A DNA stretch of 64,000 bases from Mizuhopecten yessoensis (Eukaryota), in NCBI RefSeq assembly GCF_002113885.1, contig NW_018408769.1:422832-486831 (forward strand), in the 5' to 3' direction. A program made the position numbers and the translations under genes. A model generated the notes under the pieces. It was not told the DNA's origin and did no database searches. It saw nothing but the letters and a program-made list of their open reading frames with translations. How positions within the stretch are numbered: the stretch's first letter is position 1; every line of letters starts with the position of its first letter. Below are positions 23,599 through 37,129 of this stretch, piece by piece.

Positions 23599-26500
23599 TT
23601 ATATAAAATGAAATATAAGAAATACACTTATCAGCAGCTGTACAGTGGTTGAACTTTCTGTGGAGGATGCCGACCCTCTCTCAGAATTACACAAAGAGTT
23701 TGAGCAACACGAGAAACACTGTATCCTCTCATAGCTGTCCTTGATACGGCGACAGTCCGGACGGCAGTCTTCCTGACATCTACGACCATATGTGACGTCA
23801 CCGGTTACTGTTTCGTTCTTTATTACCTAAAACAGCAAAGGAATTACATTTTCAAACCAAGATTCAATAGTTTATGTATTTTTTCTATTATAATTTTATT
23901 AAAATATATTATTGAAAATCAGTTGATTTGATATCCATGTAAAATCCAAACGTTCCAAAGGATTCATAACAAACTCAGAAATCATACCTGATAAAAAAGG
24001 ACAACTATTATTACTGAGGAGTTATGAACGTCAAAACGCCACAGAATGAAACCTCCATATATTACTTGATTTATAACAATTAAACAGGTATTAAGTAGGA
24101 GCCAGTTCAACGATGTTGCTATTTTAAGAGTCATATATTTGCAACGCAATCTACTGTAATGTTCTGAAATCTGCTGACAAATCGCCTGTATTCCTTCTAC
24201 TTGATACCTCGTGCAACGTCACATATCCACACGTCATCGTCTAAAGGTAAAGTTTTATCAAACAAATTTGCACCTAAGTTTGATGTACATGTACTATTAG
24301 AGCACGTAGACATGGAACGCATAAACTTTCATTCCATTTGGTTTTGTCATGTACCAACAAGTGTACGTGAACCACTTATTTATGCCTAGTGTCAATTTAA
24401 CTGTCACTGACACGAACAAATGTGAATAACATGACAGTTTGAAATATTTGTTTCATTGAAATAATGCTTTAGATAACAGCTAAAACAGGGATACGAACAT
24501 GAAAATGGACCTTCACCTTTTCATGTTTTTTATTTCACTTAAAATCACTAACATGCAAACCAATTTATGTATAATTAGCAAATATATAATCCACTCATCG
24601 CTAGCTTCAAATTTGTATACGTGAAATTCTAACTCCAAGTGGAATTTCATTTCAACTAGGCTTCACAACATTTGTTTTTTTGTTTGTTTAAAAACGCAAT
24701 GTTTATTAACAGGAACTGGGTTAGTATAGATTTATTCGCGGTTTCAGTTGACAAATATGTTATGAAAATTGAAGATTTATTCTGAAAATAGTGCGCTACA
24801 ACTCACCAAGAAAACTTTGATCGCCCCTGAATGTGTTTTTTATTAAAAAAATGCTAAATAAATGTTCATGTCAATATTTTACACTCTTCAGTAAATGTAA
24901 TATAAACACCACTTTTACTAGTCAAATATTAAAACTTAACGATTAAGAATTTTCTTTAAAATAAAAATAATATCGTATGTTATACACAAACGATTTTACC
25001 CTACTAACATCGTCTGTTTTAGGTCCAGGTTTCTAGCCTAAGGTTAAAACACATGTTTAATAACTTAAACTCTGTTAAAATTGATTATAATCCTTTCAGC
25101 AACATTTTTATCAACAATTGGGGACAAAAAGAAACGCGCTGGTACACCACACTACCTGTGTAAGTTGGCGGATCGGTTATAAATGCCCTTTGGCCATGGC
25201 ATTAACAGGTAACACTTTCTGGGTAATAACTTTGGTCTCTATTAGTTCACCTGTTAATTCTCAGGTAAGTATCGTAAATGCCCTTTGGCTATGGTATTAT
25301 ATGATACAGTAAGACCTACAAGTAATTATCATTTCTTTTAATTCATAGGTAGGATATTCGGGTGTGTAAACTGTGTATTACTGTCTTTCAACTTTAAGTT
25401 ACATTGAATGTAGTTGATGCAGGCACATAATTAGATTTCCGTAATTAAGGCGATTAACTACCATACAACATATATTGGTAGATGACAATATTATGCAGAT
25501 AATAATAAGAGCGTGTCAGAATGGTTACATGTAATGAAAAGAGTATCGGATAAATTAGGTCACTATGACGTCACACATCACATGATCTTGTACCAAGTTC
25601 AAAAGATGTAGCATCACCTGGTCTGTCCATCACATGAGTACCGAGATAGAAGGGGTCTCGGTGACTACACGTATTATTGCATCGCAGGACCGTAAAATAT
25701 GAAATTATGAAAAATCGTGGCCAAAATCCTTTAAGTCTGAGTAGATTATTTATCCATATTGGAAAAATACACAATCTCAAGGAAGTTAACGTGAGTGTGA
25801 CGTTATTGCAGATGCTGAGCATCAAATGTCTAAAAGGCAGTCATAATGATTCTATCTACTCTAAATACATACATTTACTAAACAGTCTAGATTATTTCGA
25901 AAGAGAAAAAACAGCTTAACCTGAAATTCAAGTATTGTAGAGAGGGAAAAATATCATTAAAGTAAGATAAAAAAAATCACAGCTTCGACACCGAAGCATG
26001 AAATCTAAACTGGAACTCAATTATAAGTAACGGGGGCCGCATCAGTTGATTTTAGATCGGAAGTGCTCCCTACGCAACATGTGATTCTCGCGAGTTTGTT
26101 CTTTGTCAAATCCAGTATGGTATATGTCAGCCGCAAGCGATGTAAGACAAGAAACTGCAACTATGTTTGCAATCATGACCGGCAGTACACTTGCTTTGTT
26201 GGAAGTTGAAATAGAATCAACAAAGTACTACATCAACAACATCCGAAGTCAATACAGAAGACAACAACAGGAGCTGTAAAGGTGATACTTATGCAAAGTG
26301 CTGTTAAATTCAAGAAAGTATGTAGGTCGCCAAACTTCTACGACATAATGAACGATACTGGAAGATGGAATAAAGGTCATGATCAAGATTGATAGTTTTA
26401 CAACATATAGTACAAAAGCCTTTTAGGTAGAACACGTTGGACGAATATTGTGATTATGAACAGAACGCATAAATCTAGAACGTCCAGATATTTATGGTAA

Positions 26501-26981
26501 CTTTCGGTACTGTAAAAGGAACCACACTGAGACAAGGAAAGATTACTAACAGTGGATTTGCTACGTTTGTCACACATGTTTGTTGTGAGGTAAACATTTT
26601 TATTATAATGTAGGTAAAAGTCATCGAGTAATGTAAAGGGGTAACTTCGCTTCTTCACGGACATAGACCTTCTTGGGAAACCAGCACCTCACAATATTAC
26701 TCGGACTTATACTTTAACTGTAGAACATTTATCGAAACCAACAATATCGCCACCGCGGATATAATGTCACGTACCAGGAACTCCACTCTCAAAACAGTAT
26801 TTGATACTCACTGCACAGAACGCCTGGTCCAGTCGACAGATCGTGGTGGTCACTCCCGTTAGGTCGTACATGTCACGGCAGTGATCGGTCTGGTTACATG
26901 TCCAACATCGCAAGAGTTCGGCACTTACAGCGGGGTCGATTGTCAGCTCGGCAGATACAGTCGTGCCAATCGTCAATCCAC
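23599..26981 (-). CDS. Ly6/uPAR (three-finger) family protein C, probably GPI-anchored; last two coding exons, first exon uncertain
   Basis: Exon 26981-26812 (phase 1 to 0; ...LRCWTCNQTDHCRDMYDLTGVTTTICRLDQAFCA|gtgagt) and exon 23826-23599 (VIKNETVTGDVTYGRRCQEDCRPDCRRIKDSYERIQCFSCCSNSLCN...VQLLISVFLIFHFI*). LxCxxC start, CCxxxxCN end, hydrophobic C-terminus. A candidate signal-peptide exon lies at 36690-36636. Confidence 0.8.
26420..26700 (-). mobile_element. Degenerate Penelope-like reverse transcriptase relic
   Basis: VYLTTNMCDKR in ORF 26398-26664 resembles the GxLxTKLYDKR motif of Penelope-type RT C-termini. Heavily decayed. Confidence 0.35.
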
Positions 26982-27709
26982 CTGTGAGGCATGTAAACAC
27001 AAGCAATAAAGTAAAACAACATGGGGACAGGTAAGACACCAACCCTGTCGTGCGGGCTAGGGTGTTGATAACTTCATAACAACTATGATATGTCCTGTTA
27101 TTGTTTCCACAGTTATGCCATTTAACTCGGATGAATGATTGATGCCTCCAGAGAGGTTTCAAGAGAGTACTCAAAAGGCTTCAGTCTTTGCTGGTGGTCA
27201 TCATTGTAAACTGATTTGCAAGGAATATTAGTCAACATATTATCTAAAACTGGTCACTATGCCGGTATGCATGTGGTATTTGATGGGATACATGACATAC
27301 ATGTGTTGTCTTTAATCGGACGCTGTGTTGATAGACTCGACATATCAACTCTGCAAAGTAATCGATACTTCGTGTTGAGTTTCAGTAAAGCTCTATATAA
27401 GTATTCCAATGAGAATAAATACGGTTTGGGTTGTTTAATGCAATGACACGTATGACATTCGGCACATGGATATTATTATTTTTGTTTAACACTTGAAATT
27501 TTTCGTTTATACCCCATCCCCCAAAACACTACATACTCTTCTCCGTCACCTGCCTACAGAGATCGATAGGTTCTACATCATGACGCATATCGTGCAGCTT
27601 AATTAAAATTAAAATTCGTAAACTGATACTTTCGGAATTCTTGGACTCTGGGTAAGTTTTGTAGTGGCCAATATTGTCTAACCGGAAAATACGCTATTTC
27701 CATGTGCGA

Positions 27710-28318
27710 TAGTTTTATTTAGAATGTCGGCAGTTTAATTAGAATGTCGGAAGTTTTATTTAGAATGGCGGTAGTTTTATTTAGAATGTCGGAAGTTTTA
27801 TTTAGAATGTCGGTAGTTTTATATTGGTCGGTAGTTTTATTTAGAATGTCGGTAGTTTTATTTAGAATGTCGGTAGTTTTATTTAGAATGTCGGAAGTTT
27901 TATTTAGAATGTCGGTAGTTTTATATTGGTCGGTAGTTTTATTTAGAATGTCGGTAGTTTTATTTAGAATGTCGGTAGTTTTATTTAGAATGTCGGTAGT
28001 TTTATTTAGAATGTCGGTAGTTTTATTTAGAATGTCGGTAGTTTTATTTAGAATGTCGGTAGTTTTATTTAGAATGTCGGTAGTTTTATTTAGAATGTCG
28101 GTAGTTTTATTTAGAATGTCGGTAGTTTTATTTAGAATGTCGGTAGTTTTATTTAGAATGTCGGTAGTTTTATATTGGTCGGTAGTTTTATTTAGAATGT
28201 CGGTAGTTTTATTTAGAATGTCGGTAGTTTTATTTAGAATGTCGGTAGTTTTATTTAGAATGTCGGTAGTTTTATTTAGAATGTCGGTAGTTTTATTTAG
28301 AATGTCGGTAGTTTTATT
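27710..28318. repeat. 21-bp minisatellite (gtagttttatttagaatgtcg)
   Basis: About 29 near-identical copies; explains ORF 27744-28388 (MSVVLFR)n. Confidence 0.97.
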
Positions 28319-28719
28319 GTGCCAAAGATATGCCTTGTGGCGTCGTTGTCATTGTTACCTTTTTAGTTTTCACTATGGCATTGCTTGAGTGTGCGTGTCG
28401 TCAATGAAACGGAGGGCACTTGCCCTTTTGGAATACATGGTCTTATTATCCATGTACCTTTCCTAGGATATCCATGTATATCTTTCCAATTTTTACCCTA
28501 GCTTCATAGAATTCGTATAACGGTTATCTATTCACACTTAAATTTCTTTTATTTTTGATTAATAATTATATTTATTTGTTTTGTCTTTTTTTCCAGCCAT
28601 GTCATCAATGATAACATGTCAATGATGACATCGACGAGTAGGCTTCCTTTTTGTCATAAGCATTAACGTCTACTCACCTTATGATGGAAATGTGTTACTA
28701 CACAACGTATTAGTATTTT

Positions 28720-31700
28720 CAGTTATTACAGACCTAGCAATGCCATTAATTACTACATGCCTAGCAATGTCATGAATAACTACAGACCAATCAATGTCAT
28801 GAATTACTACAGACCTACTAATGTCATAATTAATTACGGACAAATAATGTCATCAATTACCACAGACCTAGTAATATCAACATTCACTCCAGGCCTTCTA
28901 ATGTTATCATTTATTACGGACAAAGTCATGTCATCAATTACTTCACACCAAATAATGTCATCAATTACCACAGACCTAGTAATATCAACATTCACTCCAG
29001 GCCTTCTAATGTTATCATTTATTACGGACAAAGTCATGTCATCAATTACTACCCACCAAGTCATATCATCAATTACTACACACCAGGTAATGTCATCAAT
29101 TACTTCACACCAAGTCATGTCATCAATTACTTCACACCAAGAAATGTCATCAATTACTACATACCAATCAATGTCATGAATTACTACAGACCTAGCAATG
29201 TCATCATTTACTACAGACCAAGCAATGTCATCAATTACTACAGTCCTAGTAATATCAACATTCACTCCAGGCCTTCTAATGTTATCATTTATTACGGACA
29301 AAGTCGTGTCATCAATTACTACACACCAGGTAATGTCATCAATTACTTCAGACCTAGGAATGCCATTAATAATAACAAATTAAGGTAACTACAGACCTAG
29401 GAATGTCATGAATTACTACAGACCTACTAATGTCATAATTAATTACGGACAAATAATGTCATCAATTACTACAGACCTAGTGATATCAACATTCACTCCA
29501 GACCTACTAATGTTATCATTTATTACGGACAAAGTCATGTCATCAATTACTACACACCAAGTAATGTCATCAATTACTACACACCAAGTAATGTCATCAA
29601 TTACTTCACACCAAGTAATGTCATCAATTACTACACACCAAGTCATGTCATCAATTACTACACACCAAGTAATGTCATCAATTACTACACACCAAGTAAT
29701 ATCATCAATTACTACACACCAAGTAATTTCACCAATTAATACACATAAAGAAATGTCATCAATATCAAGGCACCTATTTATGTCATCAATTACTACCGAC
29801 CAAGTGATGTCAACAATGATTACTCACCAAGTCATTTCATCAGTTCTACAGACCAAGTAATGTCCTCAATTAATACACACCAAGTGTACAAGTTTATTGG
29901 TTTTCCTCAGATACATTAAAATGTACAACATGAGGTATCAGAGTATAATAATACACATGTGATGACAACATGGATGGCAAGTTCACAAAACAGTAATCAT
30001 GATACATATTACAGCAGTTTGTTAATTTTTTCCAACAAAAGACAAATTCCATTTAATACTGTCGTGTTACAAAACAGACCATTCATTTTAATTTTAGCAG
30101 GATATTTTCTGAGGCAGGGGGTAGGGGTACCCGTGGTAAGTGGGTCACAACAAGTTTGTTGTTGTTGTGTATTTTGAGTGGAGCTCCCAGAGTCAGAACC
30201 CTCTATAGAATTACTACTTTCCATACCTGTGGACATCGACGAGTAGGCTTCCTTTTCGTCATAAGCATTAACGTCTACTCACCTTATGATGGAAATGTGT
30301 TACTACACAACGTATTAGTATTTTCAATTATTACAGACCTAGCAATGTCATCATTTACTACAGACCAAGCAATGTCATCAATAACTATATACCTAGTAAT
30401 GTCATCAATTACTACAGACCAAGTAATGTCATTAATTAATACACATCAAGTAATGTCATCAATTGTTACACTACAAGTAATGTCATCAATTACAGGACAC
30501 CCATTAATGTCATCAATTACTGTATACCTAGTAATGTCATCAATTACTACACATCAGTTTATGCCATCAATTACTATACTCCTAGTTTGTCATCAATTAC
30601 TACACAACAAGTAATGTCATCAATTAACATATACCTAGAAATGTCAACAATTAACACATACCAAGTAATGTTATCAAGTAACACATACGAAGTAATGTCA
30701 TCAATTACTTAAGACCCAGGAATGTCTTCAATTATAACAGATTAAGTAATACCATCAATAACTACATACCAAGTAATGTCATCAGTTACTACACTACAAG
30801 TAATGTCATCAATCAATACACGTCTAGTTATGATAATAAAAACTACAGGCCTAGTTATTTCATCAATTACTACAGACCAAGTAATGTCATCAATTAATAC
30901 ATACCAATAATGCCATCAATATCAAGGCAACTAGCAATGTCATCAATTAATACACTACTGGTAATGTCATTAATTACAAGACACCCATTAATGTCATCAA
31001 TAACTATATACCTAGTAATGTCATCAATTACTACAGACCAAGTAATGTCATAAATTAATACACACCAAGTAATGTCATCAATTAATACACTACAGGTAAT
31101 GTCATCAATTACAAGACACCCATTAATGTCATCAATTACTTCACAACAAGTAATGTCATCAATTACTACACACCAAGTCATTTCATTAGTTTCTATACAC
31201 CAAGTGATGTCATCAATTAATACACACCAAGTAATGTCATCAATTAACACCTACCAAGTAATGTCATCAGTAACTACAGAAAAAATAATGTCATCAATTA
31301 CTTCAGACCTAGGAATGCCATTAATAATAACAAATTAAGTAATGCCATCAATAAATACACACCAAGTAATGTCATCAGTTGCTACACTACAAGTAATGTC
31401 ATCAATTAATACACATCTCGTAATGTCATGAATCACTACAGACCTAGTTATGATAATAATAACTACAGACCTAGTTATTTCATCAATTACTACAGACCAA
31501 GTAATGTCATCAATTAATATACACCAAGTAATGCCATCAATATCAAGGCACCTAGCAATGTCATCCGTTTCTACCGACCAAGTAATGTCAACAATAATAA
31601 CACACCTAGTAATATCACCAATTGCTTCATACCAAGTAATGTCATCAATTACTACAGACCAAGTAATGTCATCAATTACTACAGACCAAGTAATGTCATC

Positions 31701-32565
31701 AACTACAAGGTACCCATTAATGTCACTAATAACTATATTCCTATTAATATCATCAATTAATGCAAACCAAGTAATGTCATCAATAAATACACACCAAGTT
31801 ATGCCATCAATATCAAGGCACCTAGCAATGTCATCAATTACTACCGACCAAGTAATGTCATCAATTACTACACACCAAGTAATGTCATCAATTACTACAC
31901 ACCAAGAAATGTCATCAATTACTACACACCAAGCAATGTCATCAATTACTACCGACCAAGTAATGTCATCACTTAATAACACACCTATACACCCCTGATG
32001 ACGTCACAATTGAAGCAATGTCATCAATAACTTTAAACCTAGTTATGTCATCAATTATTACAGACCAAGCAGTGTCATCAATAACTATAAACCTAGCAAT
32101 GTCATCAATTACTATCGACCAAGTAATGTCATCACTTAATAACACACCTAGTAATACCATCAATTACTCCATGCCAAGCAATGTCATTAATAACTATAAA
32201 CCTAGCAATGTCATCAATTATTACAGACCAAGCAGTGTCATTAATAACTATAAACCTAGCAATGTCATCAATTATTACACACCAAGTAATGCCATCAATA
32301 TCAAGACACCTAGCAATGTCATCAATTACTACCGACCAAGTAATGTCATCACTTAATAACACACCTAGTAATACCATCAATTATTACAGACCAAGCAATG
32401 TCATTAATAGCTATAAACCTAGTAATGTCATCAATTACTGCAGACCAAGTAATGTCATTAATTAATACAGACCAGGAAATGTCATTAATTAATACAGACC
32501 AGGAAATGTCATCAATTACTACAGCGCTAGTAATGACAATAATAACAACAGAGCTAGTAATGTCA
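28720..32565. repeat. ~30-bp minisatellite (caagtaatgtcatcaattactacacac) interrupted at ~29885-30325
   Basis: Over 100 degenerate copies; explains the MSSITTHQV / VIDDITW ORFs. The left flank (~28628-28745) is duplicated at ~30232-30348. Confidence 0.95.
29885..30230 (-). mobile_element. Probable 3' fragment of a non-LTR retrotransposon inside the minisatellite
   Basis: Unique insert. The minus strand shows an ORF end (30009), a UTR-like stretch, then caataaacttg right at the junction. Confidence 0.4.
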
Positions 32566-33676
32566 TCAATTACAACAGCCATAGTTTTGTCATCAATGAT
32601 TGCACACTAACTATCGTTTTTGTGACTTATCATCTAATTATTTGTTCAGTTTTGATATTCTGTTTCCACTGCAGATAATGTTCCCACGCAATTGCTGTTT
32701 AAGAACAGAATTATCGTTGAACGAACAAAAAACCCAGACACTTTCGTTAGGTTAACTCCGGCTGCGTGAGGATGCAATATACATTTTGTAGATGACCCCC
32801 TACGGCAAACCAACGACGACATCAATAATTTATTGGCAAACGTATGTTGTAGACTTAAACCGGTGACGTGTTGGCAAAACATGTAAGATTTTAGTTTTAT
32901 ATTCTGGTGTTATTATAAAGCAATGCTTTAAAACTCTCTATACCACTGAACAGGCAGTTTGTATGATTTATTCTAAATTTTGTTTAATTCATTGTGGCCT
33001 TTTCAATAAACCTTCATAATGTTGTTTTTTGTCAATTTTGTCAATTTTATTCAATTCTCTTCTATAAAGAATTCCGAGATCTAGTGAAAGTGGAAAGGTC
33101 AGTACGGTAGGTTTGCATACATCTCCTGTCACAAATTTGTATACTTTTCATTGTTTTTCGTGTAAATTTATGCCTTATTTATTTGGCAATAATTAGGAAA
33201 TAGCTGTTTTTACACTTATATTTTATCACTGTTGTGGTGGCTCGGACAAATCCGTTCAAAAGTGACCCACGTGGTCGGGTTGGTGGTTGGTAACACACTA
33301 CCTCTTTGTGATGGGCGGGTGCGGTATCACCATCTACATGACCATTCCCGAAATGTTATACTAATTGTATCTGGTTCTAACACTACAATGTAACTAATAT
33401 TCTGATTAGCTTTTCGCTGTTGGAATGTTTTTTCTTAAATAAATAACCCCAAATCCGGTAATGTCATAATGTCTCCATACTTTAGTGTTGTTATCAATGA
33501 TGACAAATCTTGCATCAACCACTACACATTTTGGTATCGTTTCATAACTGTTACTTCAGGTTGCTTAGAATAGAAAGCATACAGAATCATTGACTTACAC
33601 CGGTAGGATGTTAATGAGTGAGGTGTTGATGATACATGTAAGTACGATATGGACATTTATATCAATGATGTATGTA

Positions 33677-34419
33677 TGGTGGCATATTTCTGCCATCCAC
33701 TTGCGACTTACGAGTTACGTATGTCGACATAATTATTGAAAGATGTCGACATAATCTGAGAATATGTCGACATAATCTGAGAAGATGTCGACATAACTGT
33801 TAAATTATGTCGACATATTATCACATTTGCCGAGATAATTTTGCCGAGATAATTATCTCGTAAGTGGGTAACTCGGCTTTTTATCGTGTTAATGCTCGGG
33901 TGTGACATCGACTTACGACTTGCCACTTACGACTTATTTATGTAAAATCCCTCTTTGATTGATAAACTCTGTACATCATAGTAACCTACTGTAATATCCA
34001 TATCTTTGATTTCCCATATTTACATTGATTTTACCAAGTTACTCACCAGTATAGTCACCACTGTTCAGTCACCATCAGCCCACCTTCGCGGTCCTCGTGC
34101 ACAAGCCTCGTTTTGGTAAGTCGGCAATAATCTACTAGGATGTCGACATAAATAAGTCGTAAGTGGCAAGTCGTAAGTGGCAAGTCGATGTCACACCCGA
34201 GCATTAACACGATAAAAAGCCGAGTTACCCACTTACGAGATAATTATCTCGGCAAAATTATCTCGGCAAATGTGATAATATGTCGACATAATTTAACAGT
34301 TATGTCGACATCTTCTCAGATTATGTCGACATATTCTCAGATTATGTCGACATCTTTCAATAATTATGTCGACATACGTAACTCGTAAGTCGCAAGTGGA
34401 TGGCAGAAATATGCCACCA
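33677..34419. mobile_element. Non-autonomous DNA transposon (MITE) with ~270-bp terminal inverted repeats and TA target duplication
   Basis: Arms 33677-33943 and 34146-34419 are near-perfect reverse complements (the same peptide appears in ORFs 33708-33926 minus and 34188-34388 plus). Ends TGGTGGC...GCCACCA are flanked by TA within a (TATG)n tract. Internal ATGTCGACAT subrepeats. Confidence 0.88.
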
Positions 34420-34768
34420 TATGTATGTATACGCTTATATCGTAGTCAAATCGACGGCAACTAGCTATAGTATATCTTTGGCATCTTTACGCCTTTGTGT
34501 ACATATGCTTTACCAGTCATTTGAAGATGACCAAGGTCATATTGTACTAGTCATCGAAACATCACACGTTGGGATTTTGCTGGATGTGTATGTGAACCTG
34601 TACAGAGCCTTAGTGTTGTCAGCAATGAATATAAACCTTTAAAGGCTTTCCGGACTACTGACTTTCATTTTTCTCCTTGTGACCAATGGTTGCACACCTC
34701 AGTAATGTTGTCAATGACTACACAACTAATATTGTCATACATGAGTACACACAGAAACATTGATTAAT

Positions 34769-34932
34769 AGAATCTTCCCCTACCCCGAAGGTGTGATAGA
34801 GAAATCCCCAACTCGAGGGGTGATGTTTTTTGGTTGTCTAACCCAAGGCTCTGCCGAGGTTTAGACAACCAAAAAAATCACCCCGAGGGTTGGAGATTTC
34901 TCTGTTACACCCTCAAGGTAGGGAATGATTCT
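34769..34932. mobile_element. Imperfect ~160-bp palindrome, probable end of a non-autonomous DNA element
   Basis: agaatc...gtgatgttttttggttgtctaa-cccaaggctctgccgagg-tttagacaaccaaaaaaatcac...gattct. Confidence 0.6.
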
Positions 34933-37129
34933 TTCTCTCCCATCCTATTATTTCAGTCACAGCTCCACCGACTGTAGTTTGCCAACAAAACCTGTAAACA
35001 AAAACACATGTGGGGTATGCATATCGTCATTCACTTTTGATGACGTCACAATTGCCGATGACGCATTTTAATGACGTCACAATTGAACACGTGCTAATCG
35101 GCACGAGGCTATCTCCCCCTAGGGGGTGGCAAGCTGATCTTTCCCGGCTAAAATGGGAGACACACGTGTGAAGGGTGGGATAAATCGCTATCTACTAACA
35201 ATCCTTAGAATGACGATATGGCAACCCCAAACTTTATATTCTTGACAAGTATTGATTAAAGACTGAACATTGTCTCATGGTAGCGTTTAGGTTACAAACA
35301 ATTCTGACAGCCCACGTGTATACTATCAACTTCCTATAAAGGCATCATCCTCTATGCCTTATTATTGACTAAAATGAATTCGTTATGTGTCAATTTTATA
35401 ACTAAAAACAAATTCGGTTGTTCCGATCACATCTAAAACTTATATAAATAAATAAAAAATAAATATGATTTATCAGAGGACTGAAATTTGAGGAGACAAT
35501 GTTATCATTCTAGGGGACATTTTGAACAGTTATGTTGTGAGCACCTATTTATTTGTGAATTATGAACTGAAATATCAGAGTATTTTCAGACACTGTCGTC
35601 AGATTAGCCTTGGCTGTGTGTCGATACTAAAACGATCACCCCGACGGCGAAAGACACGACAACATCAATTATTCATTGTCAAACGTATGGTAGACTTAAG
35701 CCGGGGACATGTTGGCAAACACAGAAGGGAAATTGGAATACTGGTGGAACTGGCTTTCGTTCGTATTTGAATACCAGAAATCATTTAAAAACAATATACT
35801 GAATTGTCAGCTTGTATTGTTTCTCCATCGTGATTACTTCACTGCGCCTTGGTAATTATTTCTATTAATAATCAATTTAGATGATTTTATGCATTGTGCC
35901 TCCAGAAGAAATCCAATATTAAAGACACCAATGCATTTGTCGATTTTGGCCGTGGTATTCACGTAAGTTAAACGTAATTAATCAAGTTTTAAAAGTAACG
36001 AATAGTCTTTTTAATTTCTCGCTTTCCGATTATACATCTTTTAACTTAAAAATCTCTTCATATCATCAATGACTCTCACCTGGTTACTTTTCTGTAATAA
36101 ATTGACTACACAGCTGTAGTCATAGTGAGTTAACACATAATTGTCGTCAAAACAATGAAAATGAAAAATAATACAATTCTACATTTTGTATGACAAATAT
36201 CTCACCTGAATACTGTAGTATTTATCTTGTAGGTACATGTACAAATAACAGGTACGAAAATATCACTGGTTTCAGCAGCTGATACCTTTAGATCTTAGTA
36301 ATACACAAACTGCCATATCGTACTGATCTAATTTGGATTATGTAAATAAGAACAATATCCGTTATATATTGTAAAGTAAAGTGTCAATGTACAAGCCATA
36401 AACGTATTTCGGTATTTGCTCCTGCAAAGATTTAATAATAGAAAACAAATGTTGCGATATCATACAGGCTTGAATTATGTCAAACATGCTACTACTACTT
36501 GCCACTACTATGGGGGGCAATATGAAAACATATATTACCATTATATAAGTTGCTTTTCCATACACGACTGATATCTTCTTGACACATGTATAAGATATAT
36601 ACGCTAGAAATCTACTGTTAATTAGACATACATACCTGAAATCCCAAACAGCAGATTGGTTACACTACACAAATAGATACTGATAGACATTGGTCTTCCG
36701 AACACGATCAATGGCCACATCCGTATCAAAAAGACGTTTGTCATCGTCTTTCATGCCTCTTTCATGTCGACGCTTTATAATGATGACGACAAGCAGTAAA
36801 TACTGCTTAGTTATGAATATTTAGACGTCACATGATCCATTTCCAATGACTTCTCTACACTAAAGAACAATTTGGTGTTACAATAACATTCCAGTGGAAA
36901 GTGTTGATTGTTGTTTCTGATAAGGTTTTCTTCGAGTACTAGTATTGTACAAATCACATTTGATCGGATTCGGAGTACAAATAAGGTCAGCATTAGCTAA
37001 ACACGATAACTGCAGTTTAGCACCTCGGTATCGAACGACGCTAAAGGGGACAAAGCAACTTGTAATTATACTGTATATGGTATACTCATACTGAACATCG
37101 TATACTTATACTGTAAATAGGGTAATCAA

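Noticed and set aside
25510-25690. Possible decayed Ly6 exon (DRPGDATSFELGTRSCDV* versus DSQYGDLMSFARGCSSVC)
   Set aside because: Similarity is short, there is no intact acceptor and no CCxxxxCN motif; could be chance.
27181-27183. In-frame TGA as selenocysteine or read-through codon
   Set aside because: It lies upstream of the signal-like region, no SECIS was recognised, and a simpler spliced model exists.
27744-32610. Many 60-215 aa ORFs on both strands
   Set aside because: Products of 21-bp and 30-bp repeats whose unit lengths are multiples of 3.
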